From contig CAKZTQ010000004.1 in assembly GCA_937921735.1 (NCBI GenBank), positions 2,249-66,248 of the forward strand: a stretch of DNA of 64,000 nucleotides. Direction: 5' to 3'. The stretch comes from an uncultured archaeon (GTDB lineage Archaea; Hadarchaeota; Hadarchaeia; Hadarchaeales; Hadarchaeaceae). Position numbers and translations under genes: made by a program. This document shows, one piece after another, positions 24,170-34,239 of this stretch. The notes below the pieces were generated by a model. It had not been told where the DNA came from, did no database searches, and saw nothing but the letters and a program-made list of their open reading frames with translations. Position 1 is the stretch's first letter. Every line of letters begins with the position of its first letter.

Positions 24170-24898
24170 ATGCGATCGACGGCCTACAAGGTCAAGATCT
24201 GGGAGCTCATTAACGGCAAGTACGTTCGCCCGGCCGAGGGTGCAGAGCCGAGCTACTTGCTCACGCCTTGGGGTCAGCGTATTTCGCGTGCGCGCGTGAT
24301 GGCCACGGTTATCGACCGGTACATATCAAACGATCAAACCTACGCAGCTTTATGGTTAGACGACGGTAGCGAGACGATCAGGCTAAAGGCCTGGCGGGAG
24401 GACGTAAAAACCGTGGCGGATCTGAAGATCGGCGAACTCGTGGATGTCATAGGTCGGGTGCGCGAGTACGAAGGTGAGATATATTTGGTGCCGGAGATGA
24501 TCTTGCGCGTCGAAGACCCTAACTGGGAGCTCGTGAGGGAGCTTGAGATACTGCGTGCTAGGAGACAAGCGCTGACGGAAGGGAAATTACCTCAGCTCAC
24601 CCCAAAGCCGCGACTCGAGGTGAGGCAGTTGGGGATAGAAATCCCTTCCCCCACGCCTGAATTGGCGGTGGAGGACTTAGGAGAGGCTGAAGAGCCGTTG
24701 CCGGAGGTACCGGAAGAAGTCAAGAAAAAAACCTTGCTGGCGTTCGATAGGCTCGATAAGGGCCCGGGCGTTACGCCGATAGAGCTCGCGGCGGAGTTGG
24801 ACATGCGTCAAGATGAAGTGGAAGACGTGCTGCGGGTTTTGATCGCCGATGGCGAGGTATATGAGCCAAAGGTGGGCAAGTTTAAGCGTCTGAGGTGA
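24170..24898 (+). CDS. RPA32-like OB-fold ssDNA-binding protein with C-terminal winged helix
   Basis: RARVMATV, LDDGSETIRLKAW, VDVIGRVREY motifs; C-terminal GEVYEPKVG. Confidence 0.85.
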   Translation: MRSTAYKVKIWELINGKYVRPAEGAEPSYLLTPWGQRISRARVMATVIDRYISNDQTYAALWLDDGSETIRLKAWREDVKTVADLKIGELVDVIGRVREYEGEIYLVPEMILRVEDPNWELVRELEILRARRQALTEGKLPQLTPKPRLEVRQLGIEIPSPTPELAVEDLGEAEEPLPEVPEEVKKKTLLAFDRLDKGPGVTPIELAAELDMRQDEVEDVLRVLIADGEVYEPKVGKFKRLR

Positions 24899-24902
24899 TG
24901 GG

Positions 24903-25313
24903 TTGGAGCAGGACTACGAAAGGCTGCTGAGCCGTGCGATCGGGCAAATTCCCAAAGCCGCGTTCGAGAGTTCGCGCTTTCAGATCCCGGAAGCGGACGT
25001 GGTCGTAGCCGGGAACCGTACATCCGTGCGGAACTTCAGGAGCATCGCCAGCGCCTTGAACCGTGAACCAGAACATCTATTGAAGTACCTCTTGCGGGAG
25101 CTGGGGGCCGCGGGGAACTTGGAAGGGGCACAAGCCATCTTCCAAGGCAGGTTCGTGAAATCGGTTATCGACGAGCGGATAAAGCGTTATGTGGAGGAAT
25201 TCGTGATATGCCGGGAGTGCAAGAGGCCCGATACGAGGTTGATCAAGCAAGAGCGGATTTATATGTTGAAGTGCGAGGCGTGTGGGGCTCGCGCCTCCGT
25301 CAGGAGCGTTTGA
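24903..25313 (+). CDS. eif2b: Translation initiation factor 2 subunit beta
   Basis: RFQIP, T...NF..IA..LNR, ELGAAG motifs; CRECKRPDT...CEACGA zinc ribbon. Confidence 0.95.
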   Translation: MEQDYERLLSRAIGQIPKAAFESSRFQIPEADVVVAGNRTSVRNFRSIASALNREPEHLLKYLLRELGAAGNLEGAQAIFQGRFVKSVIDERIKRYVEEFVICRECKRPDTRLIKQERIYMLKCEACGARASVRSV

Positions 25314-25317
25314 TCAT

Positions 25318-25608
25318 TTGCCTCTGCTCAGGATAGTGCACACGGCTAACGAGGTGCTGGTGATCGTCTGCGATTCGGAGCTATTGGGCAAGGAATTCAA
25401 AGAGGGTGAATTTAGGCTCAAAGTTCATAGGTCATTTTACAATGGCAGGGAAGCAAGCATTAAGGAATGCCTCGCGGCCTTGCGCCAAGCGACAATAGCG
25501 AACATGGTCGGTTCAATCGTCGAACATGCCATAAAGGAAGGCCTTATCGATCGCAAGAACGTGATCAGAATTCAAAACGTGCCCCATGCGCAGATGGTTA
25601 GAGTCTAA
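25318..25608 (+). CDS. DUF424 family protein
   Basis: VLVIVCDSELLGKEF, FYNG, ATIANMVG, VPHAQ motifs; conserved neighbour of aIF2-beta. Confidence 0.88.
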   Translation: MPLLRIVHTANEVLVIVCDSELLGKEFKEGEFRLKVHRSFYNGREASIKECLAALRQATIANMVGSIVEHAIKEGLIDRKNVIRIQNVPHAQMVRV

Positions 25609-25696
25609 ATGCTCTTGCGTATGTTAGTCGTCTCCCAATTTAAAAGACACTTGTTTTGCGCCGCCTTTTTATTTTGGGCAAGTTATAAACTGAAAC

Positions 25697-26464
25697 GTGC
25701 GGAGATTTTGTTATCAATGCGGCGCGCTTGAGGTGGATAAGGGCCCGCTCATTCGAGGTCTATGCCAAGAGTGTTTTAGGCAACGGTATCGGTTGTTACA
25801 GGTACCATCCGAGCTTCAATTGACCATTTGCAGGAAGTGCAACGCTTATTCGGCGGATGGCCGGTGGTTTCCAGCAGTCAGTGGTTCACTCGAGTCAGCT
25901 ATCCGTGCGGTCGTGCTATCTAACGTTCGAGCAGTTAAACTCACACCCTCCGGCATTCAGCTCTTAGCTACGGAGAAGGCGAAAGGGCTGGAATTATCGA
26001 TGAAGACGGAGATTTCTCAACGCGAGGCGATTGTCGACATTTTCGCACGAGGTAAGGTCCACGAGCTACAGGTCGAACCCAAGGAGGAACGCATTAGGGT
26101 CATGATAAAATTGAAGTGGACGACTTGTGATGTCTGCAAGCTCAAGGGCGCCGGTCATCACGAGGCCATATTGCAGGTTCGAGGCAAAGGGAAGTTATCC
26201 GCCGAGGTTTTGAGGGACATCAGGAAGAAACTCGAGAGATGCGCGATTGAGGCGGGTAGGAAAAATCGAGCGGCATTTATAGCCAAGATAGAAGATGTGC
26301 GAGGAGGCTTGGACCTTTACATCAATCCCATCAGTCTGGCTAGGCGGATGGCTGACTTGCTAAAGGCCGAGTTCGGTGCCGAGGTTAGCGAGACCAGAAA
26401 GCTCATCGGTAGGACCCCCAATGGGCAGCGTAAATTTAAAGTTTCTCTGCTCGCTAGGCTCTAG
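25697..26464 (+). CDS. NMD3-like ribosome export adaptor
   Basis: FCYQCG, LCQECF, CRKCN, CDVC...G.HEAILQVR motifs. Confidence 0.88.
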   Translation: MRRFCYQCGALEVDKGPLIRGLCQECFRQRYRLLQVPSELQLTICRKCNAYSADGRWFPAVSGSLESAIRAVVLSNVRAVKLTPSGIQLLATEKAKGLELSMKTEISQREAIVDIFARGKVHELQVEPKEERIRVMIKLKWTTCDVCKLKGAGHHEAILQVRGKGKLSAEVLRDIRKKLERCAIEAGRKNRAAFIAKIEDVRGGLDLYINPISLARRMADLLKAEFGAEVSETRKLIGRTPNGQRKFKVSLLARL

Positions 26465-26531
26465 TGGCCGGAGGGATTTGCTGTCACCTTTATAAATAAC
26501 GCGAAAATAATGAGGTCGGGGCGATTAATAA

Positions 26532-28211
26532 ATGGTTGTGATGACTGGAGCTAAAGCCATCGTCGAGGCCCTCAAGGCCGAAGGCGTGAAGCACATCTTC
26601 GGACTTCCGGGAGGCGCCATCATCCCGGTTTACGATGTGCTTTACGACGAACAAGAGATCAAGCACATCTTGGTACGGCACGAGCAAGGAGCTGCCCATG
26701 CGGCAGATGGCTATGCCAGAGTGCTCGGCAAGCCCGGCGTGTGCATGACTACCTCGGGCCCAGGCGCATCTAACCTCACCACGGGGATCCTCAACGCATA
26801 CATGGATAGCTCGCCGGTCATCGCAATCAGCGGACAGGTGTCAACCTCCTTGCTCGGGAGGGACGCGTTTCAAGAGGCAGACATGCTCAGCGTGATGTTG
26901 CCGATAACCAAGCACAACTTCATCGTCCGCAAGCCGGAGGAGATCCCAAAGGTGGTCAAGCTGGCGTTCGAGATCGCGACCTCAGATAGGCCGGGTCCGG
27001 TACACATAGATCTGCCTAGGGATGTTCAGGTCGGCGAGGCAGACGTGCAGATACCAGCTAACGTGACCTACAGAAAGATACCCAAGCTGGAGCCCGACGT
27101 CGAAGAGGTCAGGAGGGCAGTCAAGCTACTGGTCCAAGCGGAGAGGCCGTTGATCTTTGCGGGTGGAGGCGCCATTTGGTCAGGTGCGTCGGCGGAAGTG
27201 GTGGAGTTAGCGGAGATGCTAGGTGCACCGGTCGTGACTTCGTTATTGGGCAAGGGCATCATCCCCGAGGACCATCCGCTATCGCTGGGCATGCTTGGTA
27301 TGCACGGTCGGATGGCGGCGAACATCGCGGTCACGGAGTGCGACTTGCTGTTAGGGGTTGGCGTGCGGTTCGACGACCGCGCGACGGGTGACGTGCGGTA
27401 TTTCGCACCAAAGGCCAAGATCATCCACATAGACATAGACCCCGTCGAGATCGGAAAGAACGTCCGCGTGGACGTGCCGATAGTGGGCGATGCGAAGCGC
27501 GCGCTTCGCGCGATAATCGACGGCCTGCGCATGCAGGCGGTGCGTCAAAGGCCGAGCAAGTGGCTCGAGCGAATAGAAAAGATGCGCAAGGAGTTAGCGC
27601 CGCGCATGGACTACGACGAAGTGCCCATCAAACCCCAACGGGTCATCAAGGAGATAATGGGGGTGCTGAACGACGACGCGATAGTGGTCACCGAGGTCGG
27701 CCAATGCCAAATGTGGGCGGCCCACTATTACATCGTGCGCAAGCCGAGGCGGTTCATCTCGTCCGGTGGATTAGGTACGATGGGCTTCGGTTTCCCAGCC
27801 TCCATCGGTGCGAAGGTCGCATGCCCCAGCTGCGATGTCATCGACATAGCTGGTGACGGGAGCTTTTTGATGAATTCCCAGGAATTGGCGACGGCGGTCG
27901 AGAACGACATCAATGTTGTCGTGTGCATCCTAAACAACCGCTATCTCGGTATGGTAAAGCAGTGGCAAGATCTGTTTTACAGGGGTCGTCGCTCCGCCGT
28001 CTACCTGGGCGAGACGCCGGATTTCGTCAAGCTAGCTGAGGCCTATGGCGCTTGGGGCGATCGCGTCACGAGGCCGAGCGAGATAGCGCCGAAGTTGAGG
28101 GAAGCGCTAAAGTGCGGCAAGCCGGCAGTACTGGATATAATCATAGATCCCGAGGAGCATGTCCTACCCATGGTGCCAGCTGGTGGACGGTTGGACCAGA
28201 TGTTGACGTAA
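26532..28211 (+). CDS. ilvB: Acetolactate synthase large subunit
   Basis: FGLPGGA, RHEQGAAHAADGYAR, TSGPGASN, GDGSFLMN, LGMVKQWQ motifs. Confidence 0.97.
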   Translation: MVVMTGAKAIVEALKAEGVKHIFGLPGGAIIPVYDVLYDEQEIKHILVRHEQGAAHAADGYARVLGKPGVCMTTSGPGASNLTTGILNAYMDSSPVIAISGQVSTSLLGRDAFQEADMLSVMLPITKHNFIVRKPEEIPKVVKLAFEIATSDRPGPVHIDLPRDVQVGEADVQIPANVTYRKIPKLEPDVEEVRRAVKLLVQAERPLIFAGGGAIWSGASAEVVELAEMLGAPVVTSLLGKGIIPEDHPLSLGMLGMHGRMAANIAVTECDLLLGVGVRFDDRATGDVRYFAPKAKIIHIDIDPVEIGKNVRVDVPIVGDAKRALRAIIDGLRMQAVRQRPSKWLERIEKMRKELAPRMDYDEVPIKPQRVIKEIMGVLNDDAIVVTEVGQCQMWAAHYYIVRKPRRFISSGGLGTMGFGFPASIGAKVACPSCDVIDIAGDGSFLMNSQELATAVENDINVVVCILNNRYLGMVKQWQDLFYRGRRSAVYLGETPDFVKLAEAYGAWGDRVTRPSEIAPKLREALKCGKPAVLDIIIDPEEHVLPMVPAGGRLDQMLT

Positions 28212-28220
28212 GGTGATGGG

Positions 28221-28703
28221 ATGAAGACCAGGATATTCTCGATATTATGCGAAAACGTGCCAGGTGTCATGATGAGGGTATCGCGGTGCTTTACGCGCAG
28301 GCAGATAAACATAGACTCCATTACCGTCGGCATCGAGCCGAGCGGTCTAGCTCGCATAATCCTCCTGTTTCAGGCGGATGACCACATGGCCGAACTCCTG
28401 CGGAGGCTGATCTCTCGCCTTACGCCGGTGATCGACGTGCAGGTGATAGACCCCGGTACGAGTATCGTCAGGGAGGTGGTGCTGCTCAAGACCAGGCGCC
28501 TAAACAACGACGAGATGTGGAAGGTGATGCATCACGTGGAAAAAGCAGGCGGGCGGATCTTGGAATCTAAGGGCAACGCTCTTATAGCTGAGCTCAGCGG
28601 CAGTCACGAGGATATAGAAAAAGTGATAGAAGAGATAGGAGCAGATGTCTTCCGGGAGGTGGCCCGTTCGGGGCAGGTGATAATCTCCCGTGAGCTAGAA
28701 TGA
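28221..28703 (+). CDS. ilvN: Acetolactate synthase small (regulatory) subunit
   Basis: ACT domain [20 protein letters not shown]; C-terminal EVARSG. Confidence 0.93.
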   Translation: MKTRIFSILCENVPGVMMRVSRCFTRRQINIDSITVGIEPSGLARIILLFQADDHMAELLRRLISRLTPVIDVQVIDPGTSIVREVVLLKTRRLNNDEMWKVMHHVEKAGGRILESKGNALIAELSGSHEDIEKVIEEIGADVFREVARSGQVIISRELE

Positions 28704-28717
28704 GGGGAGGTGAGGAT

Positions 28718-29707
28718 TTGGCGAAAATATATTACGACAAGGATGCGGATTTGGAGGTGCTGAAGGACAAAACCATAGCCATAATCGGCTATGGCAATCA
28801 AGGCCACGCTCAAGCGAACAACCTCCGCGACTCAGGCTGCAAGGTGATAGTGGGCAATGTTCGTGGTGACCGCTACTGGCAGCAGGCGGTGGCAGATGGC
28901 TTCGAGGTCCTCGATATAAGTGAAGCGGCGAGGCGAGGCGATATCGTCCACATGTTGATACCAGACGAGTATCAGGCGCAGGTCTATCGCGAGCAAATAG
29001 CACCTGGGCTCTCGCGTGGTAAGGTGCTTTGCTTCAGCCATGGCTTTAACATCCACTTCAAGCAAATAGTGCCGCCGAGCGACGTCGACGTCATAATGAT
29101 CGCCCCAAAGGCACCGGGCGCGATATTGCGGCGGATGTACCTACAGGGCTCGGGGGTACCCGGACTGCTGGCGGTGGAGCAGGATTACAGCGGTCAAGCG
29201 AAGCGGATAGCGCTAGCTTTGGCAAAGGGCGTGGGACTCACGCGCATAGGGGTGGTCGAGACCACTTTCAAGGAAGAAGTTGAGACCGATTTGTTCGGCG
29301 AGCAAGTGGTACTGGTGGGCGGGGTCTCAGAGCTGATAAAGGCGGCCTTCGAAACGTTGGTGGACGCGGGTTACCAGCCGGAGGTCGCTTACTTCGAGTG
29401 TCTCAACGAGCTCAAGCTCATCGTGGATTTAATATACGAGAGAGGAATCGAGGGCATGATGGCGGCGGTGAGCAATACCGCGGAATACGGCGGGCGGACG
29501 CGAGGAAAATGGGTGATCGATGACCGCGTTAGGAAAGTTATGCTGAGGATATTGGCGGACATCCAAAGCGGCGCATTCGCGGAGGAGTGGGTTGAGGAGA
29601 GCAGGCGTGGCATCCCCAACTTAAAGCAGATGCGAGAGGCCGCCAAGGATCACCTCATCGAAAGGGTCGGGCGAGAGTTGCGAAGGTGGGCTGGCATCGA
29701 AAAATAA
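28718..29707 (+). CDS. ilvC: Ketol-acid reductoisomerase
   Basis: [42 protein letters not shown] motifs. Start at TTG 28718 (alternative ATG 28700). Confidence 0.97.
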   Translation: MAKIYYDKDADLEVLKDKTIAIIGYGNQGHAQANNLRDSGCKVIVGNVRGDRYWQQAVADGFEVLDISEAARRGDIVHMLIPDEYQAQVYREQIAPGLSRGKVLCFSHGFNIHFKQIVPPSDVDVIMIAPKAPGAILRRMYLQGSGVPGLLAVEQDYSGQAKRIALALAKGVGLTRIGVVETTFKEEVETDLFGEQVVLVGGVSELIKAAFETLVDAGYQPEVAYFECLNELKLIVDLIYERGIEGMMAAVSNTAEYGGRTRGKWVIDDRVRKVMLRILADIQSGAFAEEWVEESRRGIPNLKQMREAAKDHLIERVGRELRRWAGIEK

Positions 29708-29740
29708 TCCCCATCACTCGCAGATCCAAGAGGCGATGTC

Positions 29741-29929
29741 ATGGTCGCCTTGAGGTCGGCGGCGAGCGTCGTGCTCGTCACCATCGCCATGCTTGGCATC
29801 TATCGCGATGAGAGGACGAAAGTTTCTCAGGTAGGCATACCGGTTTTCGGTTCCCCCATTGACGGCGGGCGAGCAACGCTCGTGCTCGAACGCACGGATG
29901 AGGGGGTTAAGGTCGGTGGCGAGCTCTGA
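29741..29929 (+). CDS. Small hypothetical protein with N-terminal hydrophobic segment
   Basis: 62 aa; overlaps the start of the downstream surface-protein gene. May be a truncated pilin-locus gene. Confidence 0.4.
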   Translation: MVALRSAASVVLVTIAMLGIYRDERTKVSQVGIPVFGSPIDGGRATLVLERTDEGVKVGGEL

Positions 29930-32420
29930 GGGTTTGCCCTTCTATATCCTCTTCAGCGTCGTAATGGCTTTGCTCCTCTGCGGTATATTCGCGATACAAG
30001 TACGCGAGCAGAGGAAAGTGGCCATCGACGAACAAGCGCAAAGTATCGTCGACGATATCGCCCGAGCTTGCTTTGCGGTCTTGACTCGACAGCAACTGAG
30101 CTATCCCATGCCTGCCAGCATTGGTGGTTGCAGCTATGAGTTGGAAGTCGATAACCAAACGATTGCGCTCAGGATGCTCGACGGTTTGCGAAGGGGACAA
30201 AGCTACTGCTCGATCGTAAATGTGGCAATCGAGGTTCGCTCGCTAGCATCTCCCGGTGGGGTGCTTTACCTCATGCGGCAAGGCGACAGGGTAATAATTT
30301 CAGCGGACCCCATCGAAGCGGAGATATCGAGGATCGAACAACCAACGGCGGATATTCCTCCCGAGTTCTACGCTTGGGCGAAGGAGAACCAAATTGAAGC
30401 CGCCGCGATGGTCGCCGCTTACTGCTACGCTCAGAATCGTTATGCCCCGATGCGAGAGGGCAAGTTATTGGATGTCATCGGATACGCACGTGATGGAGAG
30501 GATATCCTCGCCCGCGTGGTGTATCGCAACCCTGAATATTCGAGGCCCCGAGCCGGGAGTTGGACGCAGAGCCTGCTGGAGGACTTCGAGGCGTGCGAAA
30601 TCGAGAACTTGGACGTGACGAGTAGCCCAGGCGATGTCAGGCTTCAAACCACCTTCAAAGGCTCGAGGATCTACCTCCGCCCAACCGACGACGCAAGCGT
30701 TTACGAAAAATACCCAGGCGCCAACTACGGTAGCTATACCAGCATTTGGGTCACCCTGCGCGACAAACAAGGGTATAGAAATTGGGGCTTTTTGAGGTTC
30801 GAGCTGGGAGGGGTCCCATCGGCCGTCCTCGAGGCTAAGCTTCATTTGCACTGTTGGAAGCTCGAATTGGAGGAGTTCATCGCGGCTTGCCACGAGGTAG
30901 TTTGTGACGACTGGTCAGAACGAACGATCACTTGGTACAACAAGCCAGCCCCCGGCAACAGGTTGGACGCGCTCCCCATAACCAGCGCCGGTTGGTATGC
31001 ATGGGATGTTACGGATTTCGTTGCGAGGGAGCTCGAGGGCGATAGGGTCGTGAGCTTTTGTCTGAAGGGCGCGCCGGAGGCGGGGTATAGGGGACGTGCC
31101 CTTTTCGACTCAAAGGAGTGGCAGTTTAGCGATAAGCACCCTTACCTAGAGATAGTTTGTGCACCCAGATACGCAAGCACGGGCAGGTTGACCTCGCAAA
31201 TTTTCGACGCAGGCGATTTAGTCGAATGGGGGGCGATATCTTGGTCATCGGAAGAGCCCAGCGGGACCTCCATCGAGATAGAAGTTTCCGCCTCCCAGGA
31301 TAACGTGAGCTGGTCCACTTGGCAGAAATGTCGGAACGGCGCGAAAGCGCCGCTCGCCCCTGCGAGATTCATCAGGTATCGTGCCACCCTGCGCACGGAC
31401 AACATTTACATCACACCAACGTTGCACGATGTCGTCGTTCACTACAAGACCCTACCGACGGAGGAGGAACTCGCTATTCTGCGCGTGATCTTTGAGCGGG
31501 ATGGCGCACGGGTGGGCGAGGTAAACGACGCATGGTTGGTTTGCGGAGTTTCATTCGACGATTATCGCGGGGAGTTCGAGTACAACCCATCGGTGCTCGA
31601 GGCCCTTTCGGCCGGCTGGCTATATTTGCCTTCCCAAGTTCTAGAGCACCTGCGGGCGCGAACTTGGGTCAGCTGGGTAGAGGCGGAGACCAAAATCTAC
31701 CCAAGCGACGACGCGTTCGTCAACTCTGGTTCTTCTAATGCGAATTACGGTTCAAGCGCCGAGTTGCACATCAGGGACACCGGCGCTGATAACATACTTC
31801 GCCGGTCCATCCTAAAGTTCGACCTTTCGACCCTTCCGACGACGCTTAGGGGTGGAACTATACGATCCGCGACCCTCCACCTTTATTGCTTGGACTGGAG
31901 CGTCTCAAATCTATGGTTTTATGTCCGTGAAGTGACGGATGACTCCTGGAGCGAGGTGCAGGTAACTTGGAGCAATAGACCTTCGTTCGGAAACGTTTTG
32001 GCGAAGGAGTTTCAGGGGACTTGGGAAAGGTTTAAAGAAACATGGCGAACGTATGATGTCACCTCATACGTTGGGGATGAACACGCTCGGGATGGTATGG
32101 TTTCCTTTGGCCTCGATATGGATGATATCTCCGGAGGCATCTGGCCGGAGCCCGGGCAGGGCATGACGTTTTCCTCTAAGGAAGGAAGCTGTCCGCCGTA
32201 CCTCAAAGTCTTGCATCTAAAACCTTTGGACATCGTGCTCATACCTGAGGACGCCTTAGTTAGGGCAGGTGCGGCGATGACCAGGTCTGGTGCTTACCCG
32301 ATTTGGCGGGTCCAATGGGAAAACTACATCATTTACTACCAGATGATGCCTTGGTTTTCACAGGAGGAGACGCGCGGTTTCGTTTTTCAAAGCGAGCCAT
32401 ATCTAGAACCCCTGCTTTGA
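29916..32420 (+). CDS. Pilin-like surface protein with two DNRLRE (CBM96-like) domains
   Basis: From GTG 29916: SSEG/LPFYILFSVVMALLL hydrophobic helix. Two LRPTDDA/PSDDAF...NYGS...LKF.L...A.L.L...EV..D.WSE..ITW.N.P...W.VT..V...P.L modules. Confidence 0.8.
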   Translation: MASSEGLPFYILFSVVMALLLCGIFAIQVREQRKVAIDEQAQSIVDDIARACFAVLTRQQLSYPMPASIGGCSYELEVDNQTIALRMLDGLRRGQSYCSIVNVAIEVRSLASPGGVLYLMRQGDRVIISADPIEAEISRIEQPTADIPPEFYAWAKENQIEAAAMVAAYCYAQNRYAPMREGKLLDVIGYARDGEDILARVVYRNPEYSRPRAGSWTQSLLEDFEACEIENLDVTSSPGDVRLQTTFKGSRIYLRPTDDASVYEKYPGANYGSYTSIWVTLRDKQGYRNWGFLRFELGGVPSAVLEAKLHLHCWKLELEEFIAACHEVVCDDWSERTITWYNKPAPGNRLDALPITSAGWYAWDVTDFVARELEGDRVVSFCLKGAPEAGYRGRALFDSKEWQFSDKHPYLEIVCAPRYASTGRLTSQIFDAGDLVEWGAISWSSEEPSGTSIEIEVSASQDNVSWSTWQKCRNGAKAPLAPARFIRYRATLRTDNIYITPTLHDVVVHYKTLPTEEELAILRVIFERDGARVGEVNDAWLVCGVSFDDYRGEFEYNPSVLEALSAGWLYLPSQVLEHLRARTWVSWVEAETKIYPSDDAFVNSGSSNANYGSSAELHIRDTGADNILRRSILKFDLSTLPTTLRGGTIRSATLHLYCLDWSVSNLWFYVREVTDDSWSEVQVTWSNRPSFGNVLAKEFQGTWERFKETWRTYDVTSYVGDEHARDGMVSFGLDMDDISGGIWPEPGQGMTFSSKEGSCPPYLKVLHLKPLDIVLIPEDALVRAGAAMTRSGAYPIWRVQWENYIIYYQMMPWFSQEETRGFVFQSEPYLEPLL

Positions 32421-32513
32421 ATTCCGCCATCGACGGTCAAAAGCTGGGCAACACGGGCCCGAACGTAATTCTTATAGCAGAGGATTCAATACGTGACCGC
32501 TTGAGGTGACGCG

Positions 32514-33041
32514 ATGTCCTCGGTGTTGCTTGGTGCGATACTCATCTTCCTCGCCCGAATGACGGACATTTCCATGGGCACTTTGCGGCAGATTATGATC
32601 ATAAGAGGATACAAAAAGAAGGGAGCGATGATCGGCTTTTTCGAGATTTTAATATGGGCAATTGCGGTGAGCAGGGTGATCACGCAATTAGGCAACGTTT
32701 ACAACCTCTTGGCCTTTGCTGCCGGCTTTGCCGCAGGTAACTTCCTTGGAAGCTTGATCGAGGAGAAGATCGCTCTCGGTTACGTGTTCGCTTGTGTGGT
32801 GCCGAAAAGCCGTTCGAAGGACTTGGCCGAAAAGTTTAGAGAGGCTGGCTTCGGTGTCACTTCCATAAAGGGCACCGGCTTGGAGGGGCCAAGGACCCTT
32901 TACAACATAGTATTCCAAAGGAAGGACATGCAGCGGTTCATTGACATACTCAAAAAACATGACAAGGAGGCTTTTTACACGATAATGGACGTTAGATCCG
33001 AAAGTGGGGGATTCATTAGGAGCGTCGCGAAAAAGAAGTAA
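32514..33041 (+). CDS. DUF2179/DUF5698 membrane protein
   Basis: IFLARMTDISMGTLR, GFFEILIW, FAAGNFLG, EAGFGVT motifs. Confidence 0.9.
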   Translation: MSSVLLGAILIFLARMTDISMGTLRQIMIIRGYKKKGAMIGFFEILIWAIAVSRVITQLGNVYNLLAFAAGFAAGNFLGSLIEEKIALGYVFACVVPKSRSKDLAEKFREAGFGVTSIKGTGLEGPRTLYNIVFQRKDMQRFIDILKKHDKEAFYTIMDVRSESGGFIRSVAKKK

Positions 33042-33045
33042 CATT

Positions 33046-33996
33046 TTAAGCAGAATAGGTATTTAACCATGCACGTAGACCAAGTAAAATTCCTACCATC
33101 GTGTCCTCTCCTGAGGTTTCGCCCATCGTCAAAACCCTACCGGCTGCTTTTTTCACTTCGTCAGATCCAGCTGCTAGTATTACTTCTAGAAAGCCCTCAA
33201 TTATTTCGTTCGTCTCGCCGATAGCCGCGTGTTTTAGCATCTGTTGGCTCAAGAGCGTTGTCCTTCCCAAAGCCGAAGTCAATATGGTTTGGTTTACCAT
33301 GTGGAGGTAATCAGTATCCTTGCCGAACGAGTTAGCCATCCAACATAAGCTAGACATGAATCCCACTAGCAGGTCATCGGCTGAGGGGGATAAACCAGGT
33401 CCAAGCCCGACAAGTTTCTTTGTGCAGCTCCCCAGGAGGTCGAGGTCTTTGGACCTGATTGCAGCCACCAAAGATCTAACGTGCGGCAAGGCCAATTTGG
33501 CAACTCGGTTTAGGCTAGACTCATCTATAGCCACGCCAGCAACGATCTCGTCCACGTAAGGCAATAACTGTCCCAAACCTCCCTCGTAGCGTCCATCGCT
33601 TACCAACCTTTTCACCGTCAGCAAATTGTTTCGGATCGCTTCGATGTCGAGCGGTTTTGTCATCCCTCTTTTCGGGAGCCATATTTCGGCGCCTTCTAGC
33701 GATATTTTGAGCCGGCCCCCGATTTCGAGCAGCGTTCCAGTCCTCGAAACTCGATCATTTTTCCCGACGAGCGACGACATCCTCGTACTTGGTAGGATAT
33801 CGGTGATCAAGCTCGCTGGACTTCTTGCCACATCGCTCCTCCCTATGCCAATGAGTTCATCGTTTACCAAAACATTGAACGCGCGTTCGAAAACGCTATG
33901 TACAATTCCTAGGGTACTCTCCATCAACGCCCTTTGCGCCGTGGGACCGATAAAGACGGCCCTTGCGTATCGCATCCGATCTTCCAAGTAAAGCAA
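33046..33996 (-). CDS. DUF2877 (AllH-like) protein
   Basis: VHSVFERAFN, LVGLGPGLSPSADDLLVG, TT.LS...L..A..G, GETSGEDTMVG motifs. Confidence 0.88.
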   Translation of the reverse strand: MLYLEDRMRYARAVFIGPTAQRALMESTLGIVHSVFERAFNVLVNDELIGIGRSDVARSPASLITDILPSTRMSSLVGKNDRVSRTGTLLEIGGRLKISLEGAEIWLPKRGMTKPLDIEAIRNNLLTVKRLVSDGRYEGGLGQLLPYVDEIVAGVAIDESSLNRVAKLALPHVRSLVAAIRSKDLDLLGSCTKKLVGLGPGLSPSADDLLVGFMSSLCWMANSFGKDTDYLHMVNQTILTSALGRTTLLSQQMLKHAAIGETNEIIEGFLEVILAAGSDEVKKAAGRVLTMGETSGEDTMVGILLGLRAWLNTYSA

Positions 33997-34037
33997 GCGC
34001 GCAAAAAGTTAAATGGTTGTTGAACGTTGAGCAGTTT

Positions 34038-34238
34038 TCATCGTTTTTCATGTAAAATTGCCGTGGTCGTGGATTCTACCCTTACCCTCCCATCCGTATA
34101 GACCCTAAAAAACCAGACCTTGCTACATTTTGGGCAGAGCCTCGAATAAAACCTCTTGGTTTTCTCGTAATATTCCGCGTCGTGTGCTTCGAAATCCCCT
34201 AGAGGAGTGCCATCTTCAGGGCATTTCACCACGACCAT
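34038..34238 (-). CDS. Zinc-ribbon-like microprotein
   Basis: CPED...CPKC knuckles, GGTGAT RBS, 1-nt gap after the AOR stop. Confidence 0.7.
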   Translation of the reverse strand: MVVVKCPEDGTPLGDFEAHDAEYYEKTKRFYSRLCPKCSKVWFFRVYTDGRVRVESTTTAILHEKR

Positions 34239-34239
34239 A

